Source of the DNA: Podarcis melisellensis
Lineage: Eukaryota
Strand: one strand, 5' to 3'
NCBI GenBank assembly: GCA_964234715.1
Contig: OZ174275.1
Length of the DNA: 64,000 nucleotides
Made by a program: the position numbers and the translations under genes. Shown one piece after another: positions 12,777 through 26,098 of this stretch. Below the pieces are notes generated by a model that searched no databases, had not been told where the DNA came from, and worked only from the letters and a program-made list of their open reading frames with translations. Every line of letters starts with the position of its first letter. Within the stretch, counting starts at the first letter, position 1.

Positions 12777-13111
12777 CACAGAGCCTAGGGCTTGCCGATC
12801 AGAAGGTTGGTGGTCCGAATCCCCTCGACGGGGTGAGCTCCCGTTGCTTGGTCCCTGCTCCTGCCCACCTAACAGTTCGAAAGCACGTCAAAGTGCAAGT
12901 AGATAAATGAGTACCGCTCTGGCAGGAAGGTAAATGGCATTTCCGTGCGCTGCTCTGGTTTGCCAGAAGTGGCTTAGTCATGCTGGCCACATGACCCGGA
13001 AAAACTGTCTGCAGACAAACGCCAGCTCCCTCAGCCTGTAAAGCGAGATGAGCAACCCCAGAGTCGTCCGCGACTGGACCTAACGGTCAGGGGTCCCCTT
13101 ACCTTTACCTT
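12777..13111 (+). mobile_element. Sauria SINE (5'-truncated)
   Basis: Diagnostic segments 'gggcttgccgatcagaagg', 'gtgcaagtagataaat' and 'catgctggccacatgacccgg', plus an (ACCTTT)n tail. Confidence 0.9.
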
Positions 13112-13245
13112 TATCATCTGGGTGAAGTTTGTTATTACATTCTCCTAGCCTTTCGGCTAAGATGAGCTGGTGTTTTGTAGGGCTGGTCTGGGGGATGATG
13201 GTGGCTCTCAATATACTTTTGAACTCCTGTTTCCATTGAGCCCAT

Positions 13246-13430
13246 GTGGAAGAGATGCAACTCAGGGACAGACTGTTTGCCTAACTTGCAGAAGGTCCCA
13301 GGTTCATTCCCCCACATCTTTAGGTGGGATACTTATGCCTGAAATCCCAGAAAGCTGCTGCCAATCAGAACAGACGCTACTGAATTCGATGGACCCAGTG
13401 GGCCAAATCAGTATAAGACAGCGGTTTATA
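13246..13430 (+). mobile_element. tRNA-derived SINE (Squam2/Anolis SINE2-like), degenerate
   Basis: 'gcagaaggtcccaggttca..' B-box, 'agctgctgccaatcag' and tail 'cagtataagacagc'. Related to the copy at 48141-48306. Confidence 0.6.
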
Positions 13431-14261
13431 TCCCTAGCCAGTATTGCCAGGGGTTTGGGATGATGGGCTCTGAGGTTCAGCAACATCTGGAGGGCACCAG
13501 GTTGCCCACACCTCTTGTAGGAGATAGAAAGCTGGACTTGGACCAGAGATGGCAGTGGTTTGAATCCTTACCTGGCTGCAAAGCCTGCCCATGTCTGCAC
13601 AGCTAAGCAGTGGTGGCAGATTTCTAGTTAAAATATGTTCAGCTTCAACTCTCAACCACAGCTCTTATTAGAAGGGATAGGAGGCATAATAAAGTACTCA
13701 CCTTTCTGCTCATTTTATGATGTGAGTTGATTGGGAAGAGCTTGTTATCATGATGCCAACTAGAGCAGTCTTTGGAACAAGGGGCTTCTCCATGCTTGTG
13801 TTCAATGTGGATAGTAAGCTTCCCATAGCTCCTTTAAGCATCCATTGTCCATTTTACGTTCTCCTCCAAATCACTGCCTTTCCACGCTTTCCCCTCTGTC
13901 AATCTAGATTTTCTTACACCAGGGATATTCTGAAAAGGTGAGGGTATGAGGAAATCTGGATTGTGGGAGGGGGAAGTGTTGGAAGCAGTGATTTTGAGGG
14001 AGAATGTTATATGGACAGCAGAGAATGAATGGAGGCACAGGAAGCTTGCCATCCATATGAAGTAACAGCATGAATGAGTCCATAGTCTTCCTCTTTCACT
14101 TGTTGCTGGTCTTACCTGAGTGGAGACTGCTGGGGTTGGCTGCAGAGGGCAGTGAGCTCCACATTAGATGCGGATGCCAAAGAAGCCACAGTTCAAAAGC
14201 AGAGTGGGATGAGAGGCCCTTTGCTGAATCATGGTACAGTACAGTACTTTCAAATGTAACA

Positions 14262-14299
14262 TTCCTTGTGAATTGGTTTGTTCCTTGTGAATTGGTTTG
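14262..14299. repeat. Perfect 19-bp tandem duplication
   Basis: TTCCTTGTGAATTGGTTTG twice. Confidence 0.9.
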
Positions 14300-14786
14300 T
14301 CTTATTGGTTAGTTGAGCAGACTAGGACTTCAGTGGTTGGCCTGGAGCAATCCTACTTCCATGTCCTCAGTTCTTCTTCTGCAAAATAGGAACAAAATGG
14401 GCTCTTATGAGGAAATGGATTGTAAGGACTTTCCCAGCCTGAACAGCCAATATAATAAAATAATGACTTTGCTGCCTTGCTGTCCAGTGAGCTTTTGCAA
14501 CAAGCATTTGAACAAAGCAAAGCAAGGTGAGATGAGAAAATTAGGCCAAGAACGCTCATCCTTTTGTTTCCTAAGCTGGTTTTTTTTGGGACAGTGGGAG
14601 GAGGGAGGAACAATCCCCCCTTCTTTTCTTTTTCCTGGTCCTGTTCCAAATCCATACAACCGTAAAGTGATGCTGCCTCCTAAGGAGGGGAGCATAGCCT
14701 GTACATTTTCAACATTCTTGCTGGAGTTAACGACTTAGAAACATGACTCCCCAAAAGAGGGAGGGCTCGGCCCATTTGTGTGTGGG

Positions 14787-14811
14787 GTGTGTGTGTGTGT
14801 GTGTGTGTGTG
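14787..14811. repeat. (GT)n microsatellite
   Basis: Directly visible. Confidence 0.9.
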
Positions 14812-15354
14812 AAGTTTAGTCACGAAAGGAGGGGTGGAAATAGGAAAAAAATGCACAGCTCAGGGCAGCCTCTGACAGCGCAGTGGGCTGGCAGGCAGCT
14901 CCCAAACAATGTGCTTAGTATTATCCCCAGGACTGGAGCTGTCGGAGCGGGCTGGCGCGTACCTGTGCAGCCTGGGCTATCTTTGGCTAGGTGCCAGCGT
15001 GCCGAGAGGGTTACTTCCCCCTCCCTCTGCCTTCCCTCCCTCCTGCGTGTGGTGTGTAGCCTTTCTCCCCCTTCTCGCAGGAGTTGTTCAGAAAGCCTGG
15101 AAGCGGCTCCTTTTGTAGCACAGTCTAGGGTTGGGTGGAGTTTTTTTTTGGTGATTTCCCCTCCCTCTTTTTTTTTTTTTTTGGAGGGGGGGATTTGCTC
15201 ATCTGTTCCTTCTTGCCTTGCTTCGTTTTTTCCCTGGGTGAGGCCCCTTTTCTTCCCCAGTTTCTTGAATGTTTCGGTTTGAAACGTAAGATTTCTTGTT
15301 TTTCATTTCTCTCTTCTTCCACCCCTCCCCGCTCCTATTCTGTTTCCCGTACAG

Positions 15355-15392
15355 GTTGCAAGCTCTCCTGTCACAAGAAATGTGAAGCCAAG
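15355..15392 (+). CDS. TNS1: Tensin-1 internal coding exon, C-terminal half of the C1 (PKC-type zinc finger) domain
   Basis: Long polypyrimidine tract and acag acceptor (15351-15354). The 38-nt exon GTTGCAAGCTCTCCTGTCACAAGAAATGTGAAGCCAAG has phase 1 to 0 and encodes xCKLSCHKKCEAK, followed by donor AAG|gtaaga. Matches the tensin C1 motif C-x-x-S-C-H-[RK]-K-C-[EQ]-A-K. Confidence 0.9.
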
Positions 15393-16378
15393 GTAAGAGA
15401 GCGCCTTGTTCCTACTCTCATTGTCTTACAACAACATTGCGGTTTGTGCTACCTTTTCCTTCTGTCTGATGTGAATCTTCTTTGAAAAGTCATTTGGATG
15501 AGGAACAGGGAACTTCTGTTGCTCTCCTTTTCCCTCTCCTTCTTTCTCTTTCTCTCGCCCTCCTGCTTCTGTACTTTGTTGATCTTTTTTGAAAAAGAAA
15601 ATGCTGTGATTGTTCCTCAAGGTGAAATTTGCCAGGTTCCCACCAGGTCTGGAAGTTCTTATTGCAAACTCTTGGGGAGCACCTCTGCCCTGAATTGCTT
15701 GCAAAGAGAGGAGGGACCTACCTTGATCTGCAATGTTTAATGTTTAATTTCTTTTTTCCAATAAGTCTTTTGAAAAAATTCTTCCCGGGCCAGCATTATG
15801 GCGGTCTGCCTCATTTTCCCCCCTTTCTTTCTTCCCCTCCTTCTTTTTTTTCTTTCCCCAGAGGAGGCTGCTATATTAGCAGGAAAGGTTTGCTAAAGCT
15901 CTCAAGGTGAACGATCTTTCCTCATCCACGGGCAAGGCTATAAAATAAATGCAACCACCTGAGTATTATTCTGTCCTTGCTAACTCACTTTAGGAGGTCG
16001 TATGCCCTTTGAAGCAGTCAAGGATGCCTGGGGCAGTTGAGTTGAGCTACAAAAGAATCTCTCTCTTTCATGCTCTGTGCTTTAATAAGATCCATTCAGT
16101 TTGGCTCTTGATGTTAAGAAATGCTTTATCGTTCTTATTGTGGGTGCTGCGCCTCATGCCATCCTTGATGTATTATTCCCATTTAACAGACTGGGCTTAC
16201 AGGCCAACGGATAGTGACTTGCTCAGGACTGCCTAGTGAATCTGGGTCTAAAGTGGGGCTTAGATTGGAAAATCAGCCCACCCCTCTGTCTCTGTTGGAT
16301 TGCATTGGTTCTTAGAAGCCAGGCAGACCTAGGCTCAGCGGTCCATGGATAACATCAGTGACCTCCACAAAGTAAAGA

Positions 16379-16578
16379 NNNNNNNNNNNNNNNNNNNNNN
16401 NNNNNNNNNNNNNNNNNNNNNNNNNNNNNNNNNNNNNNNNNNNNNNNNNNNNNNNNNNNNNNNNNNNNNNNNNNNNNNNNNNNNNNNNNNNNNNNNNNNN
16501 NNNNNNNNNNNNNNNNNNNNNNNNNNNNNNNNNNNNNNNNNNNNNNNNNNNNNNNNNNNNNNNNNNNNNNNNNNNNNN
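16379..16578. other. Assembly gap (200 N)
   Basis: Run of exactly 200 N, probably a placeholder size. Confidence 0.99.
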
Positions 16579-17380
16579 ACTGGCACAAGTTCCAGGTAGC
16601 ACACTCCTACTAGGAATTTTTGCATGGTTGATTAGGAGGTAGTGGCAGCCGTGGTTCTTCCGCATGTTCCTCTGATGGACTGGACCCTTCCTGGCACATT
16701 CATTGCTGTGCAAGGGCCCGTTTGCCACATTGTCCTAACAACATTCTGGACTGTTTGGACCTGACCATTTGTGTGGAGAGGGCACAAATATGCCAGTCAA
16801 CTCCTCCAGCTGGCATGTCATCCCCATATGTCCAAATTATGGCCCACACTCAGTGCAAATTTGCATAGCTAGTTCTTGGATTTTATCTGGGAATTGGACT
16901 GTATCCCCCCCTTTTTTTTGCCTATGCACATGGGCCAAAATTCATGTGCCAGCACGGCATGGACATTCAGGGACAGGGAAGGAGGGGATGATGTGCTGCT
17001 GCATGCAATGTTCCAGTTTATAACTGTGTGGCCTCAGTCTCATTTCTAGGTTCTGCCATTCAGATATGCTTCAGTATCTGTCTTAGCCTTTACACCTGGA
17101 GCTATTTAAGCAGAAGCTGGACAGTCTTTTGCTTAGGATGCTGCAGTTGCATTCTGCATTGCATAACTTGCATTCAGCAGAGTGCTGGGCTAAATGATCA
17201 GGGTACCAGCCCTGCAATTCAATGATTCTTTGATCTACTATGGTCAGGGCAAAGGCTCTGACCTTCACCATTCACCATTTTTCATCTTCTTTTTAATAAA
17301 TGTTCCTCCTGTTCTGTTCTGAAAGAACTGCCTCCTTGCCATGACCTTTTGATTTTTTCTGTTTTCTTTAGACTGTAATA

Positions 17381-17516
17381 CAGGCTTCCTCAAACTTGGC
17401 CCTCCAGATGTTTTGAGACTACAGTTCCCATCATCCCTGACCACTGGTCCTGCTAGCTAGGGATCATGGGAGTTGTAGGCCAAAAACATCTGGAGGGCCG
17501 AGTTTGAGGAAGCCTG
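17381..17516. mobile_element. Palindromic hAT-type MITE (136 bp)
   Basis: Long TIRs CAGGCTTCCTCAAACT..GCCCTCCAGATGTTTT. 8-bp TSD ctgtaata / ctctaata (1 mismatch). Related degenerate copies near 26510-26640, 30270-30400, 41915-42050 and 52100-52233. Confidence 0.85.
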
Positions 17517-18004
17517 CTCTAATAAGTCTGTTGGGCTATACACCTATCTGATGTATAGGAACAGTAACATGTACATTGGCACTAATTCAGGGCTGCAAAG
17601 GGGAGGACCCTTGAGGGATTATTCCTGTTGTTGAATGGGATGCCTTGTGAAGATGGTCTGGGTCTTTATTCCTCTCCTACTTTGTAAGCTATATAAGTAG
17701 GTGGAGATGGAATTATGGAGAAAGAGAAAGACTTCTTGAGTCTTTCTCTCAAGGTGTTTGAAGGTGGGAATGAGAACAGATCCCAAATGAGAAGCATGAA
17801 ATAAAAAGTACAATCATATTCTCCAAAGAAGCCAGTGGTGTGTTGGACCAGGATGGAGTATGTCCACAATGAACCAAACTGCTGGACTGGATATGACATT
17901 AGTGAAAGTGGAGATAAGGATCCAGTGGCAGGATCCAGCCAATCAGGGGTCACAAAACTTAGCCCAGGGAGAAAGAAGCAAGGTTCAGTAAAGGGCAGGC
18001 ACAT

Positions 18005-18320
18005 TGATTAAGGGTGTGGAGCAGCTCCCCTGTGAAGAAAAGTTAATATTTTTGTTTGACTCCCACAAGAGGTAGTGATAGCCACCAACTTGGGTGGCTT
18101 TAAAAGATGATTAGAGAAATTAATGGAGGATAAAGCTAGCAGTGTCTACTAGTCATGATGGCTATCCTCTACTTCCATTGTTGGAGGCAGTATGCTTCTC
18201 AGTACCAGTTTCTGGGAATCAATGGTGGTAAGAGTGCCATTGTACTCAGGTTCTTGTGGTTTCTCATAGGCTTCTGATGGGTCGCTGTATTGAACTAGGT
18301 GGGCCATTGGCCGGCCCCTA
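18005..18320 (+). mobile_element. CR1 LINE 3' fragment
   Basis: 'gtgatagccaccaacttgggtggctttaaaag..ttagagaaattaatgggaggataa..cta' is typical of squamate CR1 3' ends. Confidence 0.65.
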
Positions 18321-20835
18321 AGAGGCTTTATAATGCGGTGAGTGTTGCAAGACCCAGTTATGCAAAATGGTCCTCGTCTCAGTTTTGATGTGGCATAGTT
18401 CAGTTTTAAAAGTTTATTACAACTTAACCAGAGTCAAGCAAATCATATGTGGCCATCATGTAAATATTCATAGGGCTACAAGTCCCGTTTTGAGTATTAG
18501 TTTAAGGGCATCAAAACCAGAATTTGAACTGTGATGCAGAAATGCTTGTTTTATTTCAACAGTAAATCAACTGCTAACTTAGATTTCATGCCAGAGACAT
18601 TGGGTTTTAGATTGAATTGCACTTGTATTTTTACCAATTCCAGTTGGCTCATAAAAGTCTCACACATCTTGCATTCTCCCCAGACTCTGTTCATATGACC
18701 CAAGTTCCCTGACAATGCCTTATCCCTTCTCAGTGCTGATGGTCACCCCATCACCCCAGAACCTTCCAAGGCAAAGTCATTGGCTCAGGCAACTTTTAGT
18801 CAAGAGGGCATTCTCAGCAGAGGTAATGGACTGAATCTCCAGCCCTTTTCTCTCTGATGAAATTGCAAGTCAGTAATACATAGCAAAGTGATAGTCATAT
18901 GCAGTGCCTTTATTGAGGTTGGTGGTGGTAAAAAATGATGTTCTGGTGCTCATATCTTGATAAAATTGCCACGAGTGCCAGTGCAAAATGGATGCCATAG
19001 GCAGCAAAAAAGAAAAAGGGGAAAAAAGCTGATGATTACTCCATATCATTGAGTACCATCACAAACTAAGAACTGGTCCTATGGGGAATGAGTCCATATA
19101 TGTGAAAAATCCATTTATGATTGTACAGTCTCATTAGAATTGTAAAGTTCCTGTATTTTTTTATTATATACACTCACACAAAGATTAACTCAAAGGTGTA
19201 ATGCACTAAATATTTCAGTCATTTGAATAAACAGCACAAATAGAATGAACAACAAATCATCTTGAAAAACTCATTATTTTAAGTTTTGTCGTAACAAAAC
19301 AAATAAAACACCACATCATAGCAAAGTGATTAATATTGTATTTTTGTGCTCAAAAACTCTATTAGGCCCTCCATATTGATGCCCATTGCAGTCTCTGATG
19401 TTTTTGAATTGGTTAGCTGTGTTGTATATTATTTTTAAAAGTGACAGAATTACAGGCAGCAAACAGGACAGAATGCTGCTGTGTGCGGAGGTAAGGCCCG
19501 GGGTCAAGTGATATATGATTTGGCATACTGTACAGCACATATTAGGTGCATCTATGTCTGTGAGCAAATAGCGTTGTCATAAAGACAAGCAACATCTAGG
19601 TTTGGTGCTTTAGACTGGAGAAACATCACACAGTGTTTTACAAGGAGTTTTCCCCCCCAAAAATCATTTATCAGATGAGTGGAAAGAAATATGAAAGCAT
19701 TTAAAGAGTACAGCTCTGTTAGGTACGACATCTACCCAGCTCCCAAAGGCATCACGATAGCCGTATAAATAGATAAAACAGTTGAATTCCACGTGCAAGA
19801 GTTAGGAAAGATGACAAAGCTGGAGTGGGGAGACTTGCTGAATCAAGCCAAGGATATATGGTGGATTGGTGAGCAGTTATTTGAGTGTGTGCAGCATGAA
19901 GTTCAGCATGCACGCTAAACTGTCCCGCAAGCATGGCCAGCCCCTGTTGCTTGAAGAGTAGGCAGCCCTGTGCTTATGAAGAAAGGTGGGCACAGAGTTG
20001 GTCCTTCTGTTGAAGTGAATGCTGTGTCTGTTGGTGCAGGTGCTCTGTGAACTAGAGCTGTAGATTGGAGGCAGGAGTCACGCTGTGCGGCTCTTTGCAT
20101 GTGAAGGATATTGCCCTCTGTATCTGAAACCACGTCACATACTGGATTGTGCTCATCTGGCAGAAGTCTTTTTACTGCTAAAACCAGTGCCTTGTTGTTG
20201 GTTCATATATATATGATCCTATATATGATGTTGGGCTGCCCAATCAAGTTTGATACCATGATCCATGGGAACTTAACCCTGGTGCTCCTGCACCAATGAA
20301 AGTGTCCCCTATCCCCCACTATTTGGCGCAAGAAAGAAGCTTTCAGTCTGACACAGATATTTCAATCTCCTGTCTCACCTTTCTCTCTCTTTCTTTTTGA
20401 CACAAAAATATAATGAACCGTCCAGTGGGTGCAGGTGGGAAGCATCATCATCATTGTCCTTGAGTGACTGAGTGCTGACAGTACCGTAGCCAAAATGTGG
20501 GCCAGTGAGAAAGAAGAGGGAGCTATCAGTATGCTTATGTGATCCCTGTGGTATGCTGAAGTACAGAACATTTTTAAAATCCCAAAGGGGATTTCCACCC
20601 CCACCCCAGGACCAGTAATTTCCTGGAACCATAGAATGTGGACTGGAGGAAAAAATGGAAGACCAAAGGCAGCAGAGCGTGTTAGCCTTTCAGCTTCTAG
20701 GATCTTGGAGGAAGGTGTAGCTGACTGGCTTGAACTCTCAACAACAGCACCATTTTGTTGCAGGTCACACATGATGTGCAAGACTTGAAAAGTATGCTTC
20801 ATGAGGCAGCAAGGAATGTTTCTTTGGGACACGAG

Positions 20836-21026
20836 GGCATTGTATGCACCATACATTAAAGGCAGGTTTAAAGCGCATTAAAAAACATCACTTTCCACAA
20901 AGAATCCTAGGAGCTGTAATTTGTTAAGGGTGCTGGAAATTGTAGCACTGTGAGGGTTAAGCGACATTCACCGGGATTCCTTGGGGGGATGTCTTGTGCT
21001 TTAAAGGTATGGTGTATACACAGCCT
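20836..21026. mobile_element. Palindromic MITE of a common lizard family (further copies near 59085-59250 and 61900-62057)
   Basis: Inverted arms 'ttaaagc..aagaatcctaggagctgta' / 'gggattccttggggg..gtgctttaaa'. The same core 'gggaactgtagtt..agggtgctgggaattgtag' recurs in several copies. Confidence 0.6.
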
Positions 21027-22469
21027 GGCATTATGCTTAAGGAAGCTGAGGTAAGCACAGTCTTGTTCCCATTGAAGCATTCATCTTGGGCTTTAGAAGT
21101 CACAGGTAGTGTTATCTCCGCTGTATATATTGCCATTGTTCCTCTCAGGATTATCAACTGTGAATTTGAAGGTGGAACTGTTGCATAAGTTGCATAATGC
21201 AAAGTTGGCAATGAACTCAAAAACATGGTCTTAGCACTGCAAGCCTGTGAGCAGATAATGCGCTGGAAGTGTCAGCATTTGGAAGATGGAAATGTGTACA
21301 TGCCGAAGAAATTTGGCAGGAAAGTTAATAAGGATGTTCTGGCTTCTCTCCTTCTCTCTCTCCTTCTCTGTCTCCATCACACACGGATGCTAACTTTTGC
21401 TTCCTTTCTAAACTTTTGCTTGTTGTTTAACAAATTACCCAAATTTTAGTCTTGCCAAGTCTAAGTGTTGGTTAAAAAATAAAACATCTCCTCTAAAATC
21501 ACAAATCCATCTGTTATCCAATGCAAATGTATCGTATAAGCAAGGCCACTGATTCTTTTCTTGGGGTCTGTATACACATGCAATTTTTGCTTCACGGATG
21601 TCTAGTACTCTGATAGGTGTGTGCAGTAGTAAACACAGTACAATATATTTTTATTGGGTGTGTAGTTTTTGGGGACCTGGAATTGGAGTGAGTCCCAAAC
21701 AACTGCATAACTGACAAAATAAAGCTGTCCTTTATGCACTGGTAAGTTATGCATTTTCCAACAAACATGGTATATTTCATGCGGGGGAAATGTTGACTAT
21801 GAAGTGTCTGATTTGTAGCTAGGTATTTTAGGCTGCTAGGCCTTTGCTACCTTTACAAATTCTTCTTTCTTCCCAGACTCCCTTAGGTGATTATTTCACA
21901 TATGTCAACAGCAAATGCAAGATACAGATTAAAATTCCTTTCTTTGACACATAAACCTGCCCCATGGGGGAGGTAAAGTCAATAATGTTATATTCGATTT
22001 CCTAACATTTGCATGCTTTCCATCCACATTCTTAAATGATATGGACACTTTCATACCATGTTTTGTGAATAGCTAGTGGTTTGTGCAATTTTTGCAAAGA
22101 ACTCTTTGGACATGATAGTTGGCCTCTTACAGAACTCATCCTTATTTTAGGTAGGGACAAATAACATCTTTTTCAGAGAGTTAAGGTCCTTCGACAGAGG
22201 GATCACTTCTCATGATGCATCTCTGCTCTCAGCCCTGGCAAACAGGCTTGGCAGGTTTTTGCATTATGCCCAAATCCCCGGGAAACTGTTTGCCCAGAGG
22301 TGGTAACAAAATAAACATTTGTGAACTATATGAAGTGTTGTATGCCTTTACCACCTTTGAAGAGTCGAAGAGGTAAAGATTTTGCAAAGATCTTGGATTT
22401 GATTTAGCAGTTTTTCTTTTTCATGAGCTACTGGGTTGCCTTTGTGATACTATGTAGGAAACCTCAGTG

Positions 22470-22687
22470 AACATAAGGGCCCTACTGGATTATACCATGG
22501 GCCCAGTTAGTGCAGCACTCTGTATTGCAGTGACTGACCAGATGCCTACAGGAAGTCCAAAGCAGGGCATGAACACAGCAGCCTTCTCCTGCTCATGATC
22601 TCCAGCAACTGCTATTCAGAAACACACTGTTTCTGATATGGGAGGTACTACATAGCAATCATGGTTGGGAGCCCTTGATAGCCTTAG
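22470..22687 (-). mobile_element. CR1 LINE 3' end
   Basis: 'aacataag..ctactggat..ggcccagttagtgcagca..ccagatgcct..ccagcaactgctattcaga' is an antisense CR1 3' UTR. Similar sense fragments lie near 40770-40907 and 63765-63880. Confidence 0.6.
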
Positions 22688-25600
22688 GTGCAAGTTGTTG
22701 TTCAGCAAGGGAGTTTCCCAGCATGTTTTTCTTTTAACACTGTGGCTAGCACAGTTGGTTCACAACTAAGGCATAAGAAACCAAATGTGCTGGTGTTACC
22801 TTCTGGATGACCTGGAATACAACCCTAGCCCAGCCATGTCCATAGGTGGTGACAGAACAATGCAAAATTCTATTCCATATAAATCATTTCCTTAAGTTGA
22901 CTGCATCAGACAAATCCTGTGTAAGCAAGCTTTGCTTTTTTCAACACAGGCTTTAATAGGTATATACATAAAATTCTGAAGGGGTTTTGATCCATAGGGG
23001 TTGATGAGAGCAGGCATAATTTAGGAGCTGACCACTCACAGATAGGTAGAATGTATGGATCTTGGAATATATCTACCAGACTCAGAGCATACCTTGCGCT
23101 TGCCATGGAACTATCACCCAAAATGAGTTCAGTGTGGCAAGTTGCGCTTGTTGCTGCCATAATGTCTGCAAGCACTAATCGTTTAGATTGGTGCCATCAA
23201 GTGGCAGTAAAGCCAGAATGGGGCTGACACACCATGGTAAAGCCATTTTTAAAGCATCTCTGGTGACTGTAACCTATGCTGTACCCCCCCAAGTCAAATC
23301 CTCACATACAGGTACTTTGGGTAGGGCTGTGAACCAAAGCTAATTTAACAAAAAGGAAAAAAAAGGAAAGGAAAACACTTCAATGAAGAATTAAGGCAAA
23401 CCTCACTGAACGCCTCCAGGCCCAAACAGTCCATTAACTTAATGCATTTTTATGTCAATTGCTGTGTTAGGTTTTCATCATCTATCCATTATTCATGCTT
23501 TGATTTATACCTACCACCCCAGTCTTAGAAGATATTATGCTGAAATAAGTTGCATCGATTTCAGTGGAATGCACTTCCACATAAGTGGCTTAGGATCATA
23601 GCCCTGAGTGCATATTTTATCAACCATACTCTTTGTTTTGGTATAGTGAAAACTTCTTTTGGTTATAAGTTTCCATGTGACACAGCCAACAAAATATACA
23701 ATGCAGGTGATGTGCAAAAGAAAGCAATAGATGTGTGGGCATTAGGTAATATCATGACACTTGCACAGCTTCTAACTGGGACCAGGCAAAGTAGAACGAC
23801 ATTTTGCTAGGGCTTAGTCAGTTTCTGGGCACAGTGTGAGGTACTAGTGCTTACTTTCAAAGCCTTTTAGATTGGGACTGGAGAACCTGAAACTTTGATT
23901 GATTTATAGCAGTCTTCATCCTTCAGCGCCCCCGCCCCCAAAAGCTCTCACAGTGGCTTACAAAGATCAGTAAGACAGTCCTTACTCTCAGATTTAGAAT
24001 CTAAAAGCCACAACACAAAAGGAAGAGGGACAGAGGAGAAGGAAAAACAACAACAGAGGCACCTGATCTGAAAAACAAAGTTCCTTCAACAAGCAGCTGC
24101 AATGAAAACTGGAAAGAATTAGCCAAAAGTTGCTTCCCATTTTCTCTTCCCCGTAGCCTGGTGTAATGCCTGCTGCCAGGTGTGAGGGACAGGATTGATT
24201 TGATAATTTTCATTCTTTAATTTGTGTACTGCTTAATATATTTAAATATATATCTAGGTGGTGTAGAGAAAACAGAAGCGGCAACAAACAATTTAAAGAA
24301 AATATTACAAAGGTGCAACCGGATGCCGCCTTCTGCCTCAGCTGCAACAAAACATGTCTCCTCACATGGACACTACTTCCAACTGCAGTGTTCTGGGTAT
24401 GTCTGGGAAATTCCAGACGTATGGCAACCCTAAAATCCATCATGCTGTCCAATAGACCATACTTGATACCATCAGTAGGAAATGTCTGACAGAACACTTC
24501 CCCCTCAGCCTGTTGTTCCTGGTTGTGAACTCTGAATAAATCACATCCATTATTTACATTTCCTTCCCAACTCAGCCCGTCTTTAATAAATTAAAATAAA
24601 AATAGATTCTGATTCTTTCCCCTCTGTTTCTGAGAGCCTGAGAACTATGGATTGTGGGTAAGAAATGTGGGCAGAGGAGGAAGTGAATTTATTAACAGGA
24701 ATGACTGAGGGGGATATTAATGGGTATATGTGATGTGTGAGGAAAGGTTAAAGGGTCTGGCTGTGTTTAATGAAAGTAAAGATTAAGGCAGGAATGGAGG
24801 CCCCTAGAAAGGCACAAGGATATGCCCAAGGTCACTCTGGGAGTTTATGGCACAGTTGGAATTGGATTCAGGCCTTTGGAGGCTGGTGGCCTTTCAGGGA
24901 CATGTGCTTTAACTGCCAAAGTCACCTTTCGTCTGTTTAAACTAGTGCCCCTTTCAGTGCTTGTAGTGTGGTGCTTGTCACATGACTGGAGTCGGTTAAA
25001 TGCTGATGTGTTTTGTTTGCTCTTTGATTTTAAGGGTTTCTGTATTTGCTCTAGCTGTGTTTCGCAACTTTCCGTTTAATGGGTAGCACTCTACCTATAA
25101 ATCTGGCTGTACACTTCGGCAAAGGGGTAGCCATGGATTTTGGATTCAGACTCATATAGTTATGCACGGCAGAGACCTTTCGCGTGAGAAAGGGACCACC
25201 CAATTTTGCATTCATAGCCAATGCAGACATCTAGGCTGTGTCTGCACAGCAGGATTTCCCAGTTACATTTTGTGCAATTTGAGTTCATGTTGTTTAGAGG
25301 ACAGAGGTTCAAGACCTGCAGCCAGACCTTGGGCCAATGTTATAACCGTTGCCCTAGAAATACTACCATTTTGAAAGCAAGCTGATATAAATACTTATGC
25401 TCATACTTCCACTTGTTAGGAAAAGATGCACTGGCCACATTTGCCTCTAACTCAAAACAGTGGTTTAGCGGATGATCCTAATTGAAATGTCAGACTTGCG
25501 TGCTGCCAGTCACCTGTGCTCCACCCACATGGCCGAAAAGGAGGAGTTTAGTTTCACTTCTTAAGGGTTACAATTTAGGGCTAGGTTATAGTTGCATTCA

Positions 25601-26098
25601 AACAAACTATCCTGATTTAAAGCAACAGTGAGTTCCATAAGAGTGTTAAAAGGTTTTCACTGTATACTTGCAATTGTTCCATACATATTTTCATTGTACT
25701 ATAAATCTCTTTGGGATGCCTCGTGGGAAGTGATTCATTCTTCAACAAAGAAATGTCAACTTGGCTGACTGCTGTTTGCTTTAAACTTAGAATCTCTGGT
25801 TCGAAAAGAAAGCTAAGCAGGGATGCTTTAAAAGTGAAACTAAACCTTGCCACACTCCCCCCCCCCAACTCCATTGGTGTGAGGAGGAGAGATGATGGAG
25901 CAGGGAGGAGTGGGGAGCATAGCAGCTCTGTGCTTTGCTCAGACTTATCTATTTAGTTGCCATGTTCATTTTGCCTACTTTTCACAAAACTATATTTCAT
26001 GTGCATTCACGAAAAGCAGCCAATCTGCCTCTCGAAGGAATAACGCAGGAAGCACTTTAATTTCTTAGCTCCACCTTTCCTGTTTCTGCTTCCTTGTA

